From contig JAADGS010000045.1 of the NCBI GenBank assembly GCA_013152275.1, positions 1 through 64,000 of the forward strand: a DNA stretch of 64,000 nt. Reading direction: 5' to 3'. The position numbers and the translations under genes are program-made. Positions 10,294-19,109 of the stretch are shown piece after piece. The notes beneath the pieces are model-generated. The model searched no databases. It had not been told where the DNA came from and was given only the letters and a program-made list of their open reading frames with translations. The number at the start of each line of letters is the position of its first letter. The stretch's first letter is position 1. Source of the DNA: Actinomycetota bacterium (GTDB taxonomy: Bacteria > Actinomycetota > Acidimicrobiia > Spongiisociales > UBA4744).

Positions 10294-10695
10294 ATGGGTC
10301 TACGGGTTCGACCTGGTTCTGCACGCCGACGGGCTCGGTGCGAACTGGGCAGCGTACCCAAAGAACAGAACTACCTCACGTTGGCGGTAGCCATTGCCTG
10401 TCGCGCCGGACTGCACATCCCCGATCGAGTTCCCCACACCGAGGAGGAGTGGGCGGAGATGCTCGCCTACGAGATCGCTCTACTGGATTGTGTGGCCGGT
10501 CTGGGCTATCCGGTGCCGTCGCCGCCGTCGTTGGATATGTACATCTAGTCGAATGGGAACTGGCCCGCCTGCGACCTGGTGCCAAACATCGTCGGTCCCG
10601 CATGGGAAGGGCTGGCGAGAACCTGCCCGCAGGGTCCCGTCGGTGAGCTCGGAGCCTGGGACCCGGGCGACCCGATCAGGCCGTACGAGCCGTAG
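10294..10695 (+). pseudogene. Truncated third lipoprotein paralogue
   Basis: LDCVAGLGYPVPSPPSLDMYI, in-frame TAG at 10546-10548, then SNGNW...RTCPQ; no signal peptide; 5' boundary approximate. Confidence 0.7.
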
Positions 10696-10838
10696 TCGGC
10701 AGGGTTTCCTCGCTCTTGTCAAGGTGGGCGTCGCTGTTCTCCTGGTTGGTCCGAGCCGCCGATCGGGAGCACGGCCGGGCAGTCCGACAAGAGGCACCAC
10801 GACGTGCCCGGCACGGCCTGCCCTCGTAGAGACACGGG

Positions 10839-10905
10839 TCACGCGATGACCAGCCGTGTCTGCCACGCGTCGCGTGTACTTGGGTTGAAGTCCCCCTCCG
10901 ACACC
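10839..10905 (+). mobile_element. att-junction relic 3
   Basis: GGGTTGAAGTCCCCCTCCGACACC (T-arm/acceptor-like); minus strand reads GVGGG/STRDAWQTRLVIA* across a frameshift. Confidence 0.75.
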
Positions 10906-10988
10906 GTTGCCGGCTACACGCGCCCGGGACTCGACGAGGGCCCGGCTGTCGGTAGGCAGGAAGTCTCTCTCATGTGCTCGCCAAAGGT

Positions 10989-11020
10989 GTAGACGAACCA
11001 GTCTACGAGTTGGTGTACAC
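10989..11020. promoter_or_regulatory. Putative TA autoregulatory operator palindromes
   Basis: GTAGAC-N6-GTCTAC and GTGTACAC immediately upstream of the antitoxin ATG. Confidence 0.5.
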
Positions 11021-11025
11021 AGCCT

Positions 11026-11262
11026 ATGAGTACAACGATCAGAGTGAGCGAGAACACTCGCGATCGGTTCGCAAGGCTTGCGGATGCGACCGGGCGTCCG
11101 ATGACTCAGCTGCTTGATGAGGCTGCTGATGCGCTCGAGCGTCGTCTGTTCTTCGATCAGATGAGCAGGCGGTTCGAGGAACTCCGGCACGACGGGTCGG
11201 CGTGGGTCGAGATTGAAGCTGAGCGTGCCCTGGAGAACGGCGGTGCCGGTGACCAGTCCTGA
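11026..11262 (+). CDS. Type II antitoxin (RHH-like, MazE position)
   Basis: MSTTIRVSENTRDRFARLA N-terminus typical of ribbon-helix-helix; stop overlaps the toxin start. Confidence 0.8.
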   Translation: MSTTIRVSENTRDRFARLADATGRPMTQLLDEAADALERRLFFDQMSRRFEELRHDGSAWVEIEAERALENGGAGDQS

Positions 11263-11600
11263 TGACACCGCGCAGGGGTGAGGTCTGGCTGATTGACTCC
11301 GGTAAGCCGGTCGGGCGTGAACAGTCCGGGCGTCGCCCCGCCGTGGTGGTCTCCGCAGATGCACTCAACGAGGGTCCCGCCGGTGTGATCATGGTGGTTC
11401 CTTGCACCACCGCCCGTCGAGGACACCCGTCTCACATCGAGATCGAACCTGGGGACTCGAGTCTCGACGTGGTGAGCTACGCCAAATGCGAGGACCTCAA
11501 GTCGATCTCCGAGCAGCGGTTCACCACCCGCGTTGGGCAGGTCGGCCCCGATGCGATGTTTGGGATCGGTCGGGTGCTTCGTTTCCTCCTCGAACTCTGA
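11262..11600 (+). CDS. mazF: PemK/MazF family endoribonuclease toxin
   Basis: RRGEVWL...GREQSGRRPAVVVS...VVPCTT motifs. Confidence 0.93.
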   Translation: MTPRRGEVWLIDSGKPVGREQSGRRPAVVVSADALNEGPAGVIMVVPCTTARRGHPSHIEIEPGDSSLDVVSYAKCEDLKSISEQRFTTRVGQVGPDAMFGIGRVLRFLLEL

Positions 11601-11703
11601 CGCTGCCGGCCGGCACGCGGACCCGAACGTTCATCGCACAAGCAAAGACTCCGCCCCGCCAACACACTGCTGGTTCCAGGAGGCACCACCGACCGAGATC
11701 TCC

Positions 11704-11773
11704 TCATGCAGCGATCAACCATGCCTCTCACGGGTCGCGTGTACCTGGGATTGGGATCCCCCCTCCAGCACCA
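11704..11773 (+). mobile_element. att-junction relic 4
   Basis: GTCGCGTGTACCTGGG...TCCCCCCTCCAGCACCA, an imperfect direct repeat of relic 3; minus strand reads GAGGGIPIPGTRDP*EAWLIAA*. Confidence 0.7.
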
Positions 11774-11879
11774 ATGGTCCCAAGGGTTGTGGCCCTCAGG
11801 GCCGTTCCACGTTTGAGGTTTGAAGTGACGGATTGCAGCCAACATGCTGCCCGATGTATACACGCAAAAGGGCGAGACG

Positions 11880-12320
11880 GTATCGACGGATTTGGATCGG
11901 GGCATCCTCGCCGGGATCGACCGGAGGATCCTGTCTGGCGTCGGCAACGATGAACGCCAAGATGGTCAGGGTGTTGGTCGTAGCGGCGATGTGGTCGACA
12001 TGCCGGCCGCACTGCACGGTGTCTGTCGATGGGGAGCGAAGTCGTGGGATCGATCGGTCACGAGTTTGACACCATCGCCGGCCAGGACAAGGACGACAGG
12101 TCCGCGTTCAGCACCGAGCTGAAACGGAAGCTCGTCGCATACGGCAAGCGACCTCGACGCTCGAGATCGACGCCTCAACGACTGGGAACAGTCGCTCGGA
12201 GCACTCGAGTAGCGGCCGATCAGGAGGAGGCGATCACCGCTCGCCTCCACATCGGAGATCGGACGCAACGCGCAGTGCCCCTGCGGCTCCGGCTCGAAGC
12301 AGAAGCACTCTTGTGGCCTC
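11880..12320 (+). pseudogene. Frameshifted paralogue of the SEC-C gene at 64-669
   Basis: LDRGILAGIDRRIL, MVRV...AMWSTCRPHC and EIGRNAQCPCGSGSKQKHSCGL are colinear with 64-669 but separated by frameshifts. Confidence 0.75.
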
Positions 12321-12344
12321 GCCGGTCGCCGCGCGCGATGTCGG

Positions 12345-13124
12345 TCACGCGTCAAGCTGAGCCAGCCAGGGTCTCAGATGGTCGTCGCTCTCGATGAGTC
12401 GGGTCATGTTCGTGCGAATGGTCGTCACGAGTTCGCTTCGCGCCACGCCTCGGACATCAGAGAGCTTGTCAACGATCTCACCGATGAGGGCGGGGTATCC
12501 CGTGTCACCGGTCAGCCACCGTAGACCGCCGGGGTTGTCGGTTTCGGTCAGCAACTGCTCCGCGGGTATCGCGCGTGCAACGTCTCGCACGTGATCTGAA
12601 TGCAGTACTTCGACTCCGACACTGAACATGAGGCCTGTCTCGATCAGCCGGCCCAGGACATCGAGCGGCCCGGAATACCAGTGGATGATTCCTCGGTCGA
12701 CGCCGTACCGTACAAGCAGGTCGGTAGTGTCTTGTTCGGCGCCGGCACAGTGAACGCTGATTACCTTGTCCTGGTCTCGGGCGAGGCGGAGCAACCTTTC
12801 AAAAACCTGCCGTTGGGCCGGGTAGAGGCTCTGATCTGTGACGAAGCGGTAGTCGAGCCCTATCTCTCCGATCATCGGACTGCGTTCGGCAAACTCGTCG
12901 AGATCATCAATCGAGTCAGCGTATCTGGGTGCCTCCCAAGGCTGTATTCCGAAGGAAGGCACCACGAATTCTGACCGTGCTGCGATCTTCTCCGTTCTGA
13001 CAAACGAAGGGACGTCGATCGAAACGCCGAGCGTGAGAATCCGTTGACGCTCAATCGTGTCGAGAACTTCGACGAGTTCCTCGTCGCCGTACTTGTCGAC
13101 ATGCGAATGAGCATCGACGTACAT
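12345..13124 (-). CDS. TatD family hydrolase
   Basis: DAHSH, IGEIGLDY, SVH, IIHWYSG, LLTETDNP. Confidence 0.95.
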   Translation of the reverse strand: MYVDAHSHVDKYGDEELVEVLDTIERQRILTLGVSIDVPSFVRTEKIAARSEFVVPSFGIQPWEAPRYADSIDDLDEFAERSPMIGEIGLDYRFVTDQSLYPAQRQVFERLLRLARDQDKVISVHCAGAEQDTTDLLVRYGVDRGIIHWYSGPLDVLGRLIETGLMFSVGVEVLHSDHVRDVARAIPAEQLLTETDNPGGLRWLTGDTGYPALIGEIVDKLSDVRGVARSELVTTIRTNMTRLIESDDHLRPWLAQLDA

Positions 13125-13233
13125 GCGTTCTCCAGAGCGAAACGATCCGCCGCAACCCTACCTGTTCCCCCCATCCTCACGTGCGAGCGGTGCTACCGAA
13201 GGAAGGAGCACCTCGGCGTGCATCGAGAGCCGC

Positions 13234-13464
13234 TCAGTGGGGGTGTTCCTCATCACGCTCAGCGTCACGCTGCACACGCTCCTCCTTGCGTCGGAGGTCG
13301 GCCTGCACACGCTCCTCCTTGCGTCGGAGGTCGGCTTGCACGCGTTCCTCCTTGCGTCGGAGGTCGGCTTCCTCGCGTTCCTCCATGCGTTCGCGCTCGT
13401 AGCGCTCGTTGTCCTCTTTGCGTTCGCGCTCGTGGCGCTCCGCACTTTCCTCATCGGTTTCCAT
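13234..13464 (-). CDS. Highly charged E/R-rich small protein with ADLRRKEERVQ repeats
   Basis: GGAG then ATG (METDEES...); start uncertain (alternative 13518). Confidence 0.5.
   Translation of the reverse strand: METDEESAERHERERKEDNERYERERMEEREEADLRRKEERVQADLRRKEERVQADLRRKEERVQRDAERDEEHPH
13270..13368. repeat. 33-bp tandem repeat x3
   Basis: Unit CTGCACACGCTCCTCCTTGCGTCGGAGGTCGGC, third copy imperfect. Confidence 0.95.
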
Positions 13465-14038
13465 GCCACGCTCCAGCGCTCGAGTATCCGCGTTTCCTCG
13501 CCTGTGAGGGTATCGCATTTGAGAGCCGCCGTCGCCGCAGCGAAGTCGTGCCCACGGACGTGCGCATGTCGTGCGGATCGTGTTCGACCATGAGGGCGAC
13601 TCTGGCTCGCAGGGGGCGACGATCCGTTCGATCGTGGAAGGCCTCCTGGAACCATCCAGCCACGTCCAAGCCACGGTGCGGCGTGAACTCTTGCCGGGGG
13701 AGTGGCTCCTGGCGCGACAGGGTGAGGTCCCCGACAGACAGAGGTCCCCGACAGACAACGGTCGCATAGGGAGCATTCCTGAAACGACTCAGGGGAGCAA
13801 GTGCTTCCGACGCCGTAGCCGACCATAGGCGGCCGGAACTCGACAAGGACCGGCAGTCCTGATGGCAGCCGACCTCGCTTCCCATCTCTTCGTGGACGGC
13901 GGCGAGCAAATCCTCGTCCACGGCTGCTTCTTTGCCGCCGCACGGCCGGACTTGGCCTTGGGACTCCGGGTCGGCACCTTCGCTGAGAGTGAACTCGGGA
14001 TCGGGTCTTGCCGGTTCCCGGGTTGACCAGCCGGCTGT

Positions 14039-15784
14039 CTATCTGTACATCGCGTCGATCTCGGCGGCGTAGTGATCTCTTATCACCTTGCGTCTCACCT
14101 TGAGGGTGGGCGTGAGCTCGCCGCGCTCGATCGAGAAGGGTTCCTCGAGGATTGTGAACCTCTTGATCTGCCGTACTCGGGCAAGGTTCTGGTTCGCCTC
14201 GTCGATCGCCGCCTGGACGGCGCGCTCGACCGCGGCGTCGTCGAGGCCCATCTCCTCGACGGCTTCCGCGTCGAGTGATACCAGGACGGTGAGATAGGGC
14301 CTCAGGTCCCCGATCACGATGGCGTCGCCGATGATCGGAGCCGTTTTCAGCTCGACCTCGATGAGCGATGGGGTTACATTCTCACCGCCCGAGGTGATGA
14401 TGATGTCCTTCTTGCGATCGGTGATGAAGAGGAATCCGTCATCGTCGATATATCCGACATCGCCGGTGCGGAGAAAGCCGTCCTCGCTCAACGCCTCTGC
14501 CGTCGCCTCCGGATTCTTCAAGTACCCGAGGAAGTTGTTTGGGCCGCGGGTCAGGATCTCGCCGTCTTCGGCGATCTTCAGTTCGACCTTCGGGAGGGCA
14601 GTACCCACCGACCCGAAGCGGTTGTTGGTGGGACGGTTGAACGCACACAGACCCGTGCACTCGGACAGACCGTAGACGTTGAGAATCTGCAGCCCGAGGC
14701 CTGCGAAGAACTCGGGGATCGAGATCGAGAGCGGCGCAGCGGCCGAGAACGCGAACCGAGCCTGATCGAGACCCATCGCCCCCTTCGCCTTCGAGTAGAC
14801 GAGCTTGTCGAACAGCCTGTACTGCAGGCCGAGCCACGCACCCGGTGTCTGCCCCCGGTTGATGGCGTCGACATGCCGTCTCCCGACGGTCAACGCCCGG
14901 TCTACGAGCACCTTTTTCGCGCCGGCAGCGCTACTCACTGCTTCATTCACGCCGGCGTAGAACTTCTCCCAAACCCGTGGCACCGCAAAGAACACCGTTG
15001 GGCGGACTTCTTTGATGGTTTCTGCGAGGCGTCTGATGTCCGTCTCGTAGTAGACCATGTGACCACTCACCGCCGGTGTGATGAGGGTTATGACTTGCTC
15101 GGCGATGTGCGAAAGGGGGAGATAGGAGATCACCCGGTCCTCGGGACCCACCGGGACGATGTCGATGAGGACTCTGGCCATGTATGCCAGAGCCTCATGG
15201 GGCAGCACGACCGCCTTTGGAGGTCCGGTGGTGCCCGACGTGTAGATGAGGGTCCCTCCGTCGCGCGGGCCGAGAGCGTCGAGCCTGGTGTCGACGGTGT
15301 CATCGGAGATATCGCGGCCGCCTGCGACGAACTCGTCCCAGGTCAGGACGCCTTCTACACCGACCGCGTCGTCGCTCATGAGCACGATGTGATGCAGACC
15401 CGGCAGCTCGGAGCGCTTGACCAGGATCTTGTCCAGCTGCTCCAGATTCTGAACGAGGACCACAGGCGACTCGGAATGGTCGATGACGTACGCGCACTCC
15501 TTCGGCGTGTTGGTTGCGTAGATTCCTGCGGGCATCGCACCGATTGCCATGGCGGCGACGTCGAAGACGACCCACTCGGGCTGGTTGGTCCCGAGGATGG
15601 ACACCGGCATGCCGGGTTCGACACCGAGCGCGATCAGTCCCTTCGCGGCGTCACGAATCTGAGACGCGTACTCGGTCCAGCTCGTTGTCACCCAACGATC
15701 GCCGTCGCGCACGGCGTACGCGGGCAGGGCGCCCCGCTCGGTTCCGGTTGCCAGGATCTTGTGGACAATGCTCTCGAACGCCAC
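14039..15784 (-). CDS. fadD: Long-chain fatty acid-CoA ligase (FadD15-like AMP-dependent synthetase)
   Basis: AAGGAGG then GTG; YTSGTTGPPK, YGLSE, LRTGDVG, DRKKDIIITSGGENV. Confidence 0.93.
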   Translation of the reverse strand: MAFESIVHKILATGTERGALPAYAVRDGDRWVTTSWTEYASQIRDAAKGLIALGVEPGMPVSILGTNQPEWVVFDVAAMAIGAMPAGIYATNTPKECAYVIDHSESPVVLVQNLEQLDKILVKRSELPGLHHIVLMSDDAVGVEGVLTWDEFVAGGRDISDDTVDTRLDALGPRDGGTLIYTSGTTGPPKAVVLPHEALAYMARVLIDIVPVGPEDRVISYLPLSHIAEQVITLITPAVSGHMVYYETDIRRLAETIKEVRPTVFFAVPRVWEKFYAGVNEAVSSAAGAKKVLVDRALTVGRRHVDAINRGQTPGAWLGLQYRLFDKLVYSKAKGAMGLDQARFAFSAAAPLSISIPEFFAGLGLQILNVYGLSECTGLCAFNRPTNNRFGSVGTALPKVELKIAEDGEILTRGPNNFLGYLKNPEATAEALSEDGFLRTGDVGYIDDDGFLFITDRKKDIIITSGGENVTPSLIEVELKTAPIIGDAIVIGDLRPYLTVLVSLDAEAVEEMGLDDAAVERAVQAAIDEANQNLARVRQIKRFTILEEPFSIERGELTPTLKVRRKVIRDHYAAEIDAMYR

Positions 15785-16316
15785 AGCGGCCTCCTTGCGT
15801 TCGTGGGCGGACACCAATAACACTACGCGTCCACCACCGGCCGGTCGCGCGTTTTGGAGGTCATCGAAAGAATTGGCCGAGTAGCCGCACGTTGAGGTTG
15901 TCGACGATCCGGGGGTCCGCATTCTTGTCACGCATTCCACCCATTCCGGGTCCTGTACGCGCGCGTTGGCCACCTTCGGATCGTCGTGCACGGCAGCGCT
16001 CCATTCTGCAACCCGCGCCCGCTCTTGCGATGGCAAATACCTGCATTCTCCCTGCCTGCAAACGCCACCGAGTTGTTCTGCTCGAGATCGCGGCCAAGGC
16101 AGGTCGGCTGTTCACGAATGACTTCTCCACGATGACGCCGCCGACAACGAGATACCTACTTGACATTCCAGGCGACTGGAAGGAATAAGGTGTGGGCATC
16201 GTGCAGATCCGATCGACTTTCTGGAGGACTTCGTTCATGAGTTGGCGCTTCTATGGCGAGGCATGGTCCGTGGCATGGTGAATGCGGAAATGGAGAGCTC
16301 CAGCAGTGAGACCACG

Positions 16317-16877
16317 ATGCAGTCTCAGCGGCTTCTGCGTGCCCCACTGCGCGTCGGCATCGTGTTCACGCTCCTTGTTCTCGGTCTCAACCTGGGTGCA
16401 AACCTCATGATCGGTGGCTTTGAACCGCAGATCCACGAGCTGTTCCTGCGCGGCGTATCGTCGCAAGCCCTCGTACCACCGACCAATGAGCCACAATTCG
16501 CCGAGATGCCCCCGCCGAAGACCGACGCGGATGTGGCACATATGGCATTCGAGGTCGTGCTCACCGATTTCTTCCCGCAGAGTCTCTACAACACGGTCTA
16601 CGTCTTCCTCATCAGTCTCTTCGCGGCAAATGCCCCGCTCATCGGTGATCATGAACGACGGGTCATTACCTGGATGGTGGGTGTGGGCGGCCTCACCTTC
16701 GCCACTGTGTTCCTGGTCACCGCACTTCTCACCCCCACCTTTGGGCCCGCGGGCCACCAGATCGCCCGCACCTGGCTTTTCCCCATCCCCGCGCTGATGA
16801 TCGCGGGTGCGTTTACCTGGACGATCTTCGCCCACATCGCCGGCCTGTTCGCCCCGAGCCCGAAGACTGCCGGTTGA
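16317..16877 (+). CDS. Unknown ~4-TM membrane protein heading the rnfC-rnfD-apbE operon
   Basis: Hydrophobic segments; stop lies 1 nt before the rnfC ATG; start uncertain. Confidence 0.7.
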   Translation: MQSQRLLRAPLRVGIVFTLLVLGLNLGANLMIGGFEPQIHELFLRGVSSQALVPPTNEPQFAEMPPPKTDADVAHMAFEVVLTDFFPQSLYNTVYVFLISLFAANAPLIGDHERRVITWMVGVGGLTFATVFLVTALLTPTFGPAGHQIARTWLFPIPALMIAGAFTWTIFAHIAGLFAPSPKTAG

Positions 16878-16878
16878 C

Positions 16879-18201
16879 ATGCAACTGTTCACACGGCGCC
16901 GACATGTTCCATTGCTCGATGCCCGCAAGGACGCGACGGCGACGGCTGCGATCACAACGTTGCCTGCGCCGGAAGTCGCGATCGTCCCCCTCCGTCAGCA
17001 TATCGGTGAGACGTGTGAGCCGATCGTACGTGTTGGAGACCGCGTGCGGATCGGCGATGTCATCGGCGAGAGCCCCGCTCGAGTGGCGGCAACGGTTCAC
17101 GCCTCTGTTTCGGGGAGGATCCTCGAAGTGGCAGAACATCCGTACCCGCTCGGAGGTGTCGTCCCTGCGGTGGTGATCGAGAACGACGGGAGGGACGAGT
17201 GGACGGATCTCGCCGTGCTCGCGGATCTGGAGAAGGCAACCCCCGAGCAGCTTCGGGCGGCTCTTCGTCGTGCGGGCATCGTTGGGATGGCCGGCGCAGG
17301 ATTCCCGGCCGCGGTCAAGCTCGATCCCCCTGCCGATGTCGACATCGACATGGTGATCATCAATGTGATGGAGGGAGAGCCGTATCTCTCGGCGGACCAT
17401 CGCATGGCCGTCGAACGCACGGACGAAGTCGTCGACGGCTTGCAGTGGATCATGCGCATGGTCGATGCTCCCCGCGCTGTTTTCGCCGTGGAATCGGACA
17501 AGGAAGATGCGGCAGCTGCGCTCGAACGTGCGGTGCACACGGCGGGTCTCGGCTCGGTGGTCGAGGTACGGCTCATGTCGCGCGACTATGCGGCAGGGGC
17601 CGAGAAGATCCTGATCAAGGTGCTCCTGGGCCGAGAGGTCCCCTCTGGAGGGTTCCCCTACGACATCGGGGTCGTGAGCCAGAACGTGAGTACCGCCGCC
17701 GCGATCTCCCAGGCCGTGCGTCGAGGACGTCCGCTTGTGGAACGTGTTGTGACGGTGGCCGGTGAGGCCGTAGAACACCCTGGCAATTACCTGGTGCGAA
17801 TCGGTGCCTCGTTCTCCCACGTCCTCGAGCAGACCGGCGCGACCGGAGATGCCGACCGGGTGATCATGGGTGGCCCCATGATGGGGATCGCTCAACGAGA
17901 CCTGGCAGTCCCCGTCATCAAGCCGACTACCGGGATCTTGGCGCTCTCTCCAGAGGAATCTCGACAAGGCTCGGAGGTTCCCTGCATCCACTGTGCCTGG
18001 TGCGTCGAAGTGTGCCCCATCGGTCTGATGCCGTATCTCTTCGTCGATCTCATCCGGTTGAACAAGCCGTTACTGGCAGATACCTATCACCTCTTCGACT
18101 GTTTCGAGTGCGGCCTGTGTGACTACGTCTGTCCATCCAACATCCCCCTCGTCGAAGTCATACGTGCCGGAAAGCGCACCATCCGCGAGGAACGGCGATG
18201 A
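16879..18201 (+). CDS. rnfC: RnfC/RsxC-like NADH/FMN/2x[4Fe-4S] subunit
   Basis: VHASVSG, GIVGMAGAGFP, MGGPMMG, CIHCAWCVEVCP and CFECGLCDYVCP. Confidence 0.95.
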   Translation: MQLFTRRRHVPLLDARKDATATAAITTLPAPEVAIVPLRQHIGETCEPIVRVGDRVRIGDVIGESPARVAATVHASVSGRILEVAEHPYPLGGVVPAVVIENDGRDEWTDLAVLADLEKATPEQLRAALRRAGIVGMAGAGFPAAVKLDPPADVDIDMVIINVMEGEPYLSADHRMAVERTDEVVDGLQWIMRMVDAPRAVFAVESDKEDAAAALERAVHTAGLGSVVEVRLMSRDYAAGAEKILIKVLLGREVPSGGFPYDIGVVSQNVSTAAAISQAVRRGRPLVERVVTVAGEAVEHPGNYLVRIGASFSHVLEQTGATGDADRVIMGGPMMGIAQRDLAVPVIKPTTGILALSPEESRQGSEVPCIHCAWCVEVCPIGLMPYLFVDLIRLNKPLLADTYHLFDCFECGLCDYVCPSNIPLVEVIRAGKRTIREERR

Positions 18202-19109
18202 AGGCCGTCTCCTCACCGCACATCAGACGCTCACTGACGAAACCTCGGGTGATGTGGGAGGTCGTCGCGGCTCTTGTCCCGGCGGCCAGTTTCGGCGTGT
18301 GGTATTTCGGTCCAGCCGAGACGCTTCCACAGTTGGCCGCCGCGATCGTCGCCGCCGTTGCAGCCCAGGCAATCGTCGAGCGGCTGCGTCACCGGCCCAT
18401 CACCATCATGGACGGAGCGCCGTTTCTGACGGGTCTCATCCTGGGCATGAGTCTTCCGCCAGGCCTCAACCCGTTGATCGCCGCCGCCGGGGGAGCGGTG
18501 GCAACCGGGGTGATCAAGGCGTTCGTCACCACGTCCACCGGCAGAAGCCTGCTGAACCCCGCCATGGCGGCGCGGGTGCTGATCGTGTCGGAGTTCTTGG
18601 TACCGATGACGACGTTCCCCGTCGACGCCGTATCGGAGGCAACTCCACTCGGCGCCGCTTCGCGCCCCGGCTATCTCGACATGTTCTTCGGTACTCGGGG
18701 CGGTTCGATCGGTGAGACCACGACGATACTGCTCCTTCTCGGTGGCGCGTACCTCTTGTGGCGGGGCATCATCCGGTGGCATCTTCCCGCGGCCTACCTT
18801 GTCGGCGTCGCGGCAACATCGGTGGTTCTCGGACGCCAACCTCTCTTCGATCTGCTGGCGGGCGCCAGCATCATGACCGCCTTCTTCATCGTCACCGACC
18901 CCACAACGTCACCGGCAACAGTGCCGGGACGAGTGGGATTCGGCTTGGGTGCCGCCGCCATCGGCACCTTCATCCGCATCACCACATTGTTTCCCACCGG
19001 GGAGGCGTTGGGAGTCGTTCTCGCCAACTTCGCCACACCTTTCATCGATCGCGTGGTAACCAATCGTGTCTACGGGACTCGAAAGCAAGGGAGAAGGGCG
19101 CCGGCATGA
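18198..19109 (+). CDS. rnfD: RnfD/NqrB-like membrane flavoprotein
   Basis: SSPHIR, LNPAMAAR, flavinylation-type DAVSEATPL, GSIGETT, FFIVTDPTTSP. Confidence 0.93.
   Translation: MKAVSSPHIRRSLTKPRVMWEVVAALVPAASFGVWYFGPAETLPQLAAAIVAAVAAQAIVERLRHRPITIMDGAPFLTGLILGMSLPPGLNPLIAAAGGAVATGVIKAFVTTSTGRSLLNPAMAARVLIVSEFLVPMTTFPVDAVSEATPLGAASRPGYLDMFFGTRGGSIGETTTILLLLGGAYLLWRGIIRWHLPAAYLVGVAATSVVLGRQPLFDLLAGASIMTAFFIVTDPTTSPATVPGRVGFGLGAAAIGTFIRITTLFPTGEALGVVLANFATPFIDRVVTNRVYGTRKQGRRAPA

Noticed and set aside
13724..13757. 17-bp direct duplication GAGGTCCCCGACAGACA x2
   Set aside because: Real, but probably a simple slippage duplication with no associated element.
15861..16238. Possible small gene upstream of fadD
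   Set aside because: No recognisable motif and no clear preferred reading frame.
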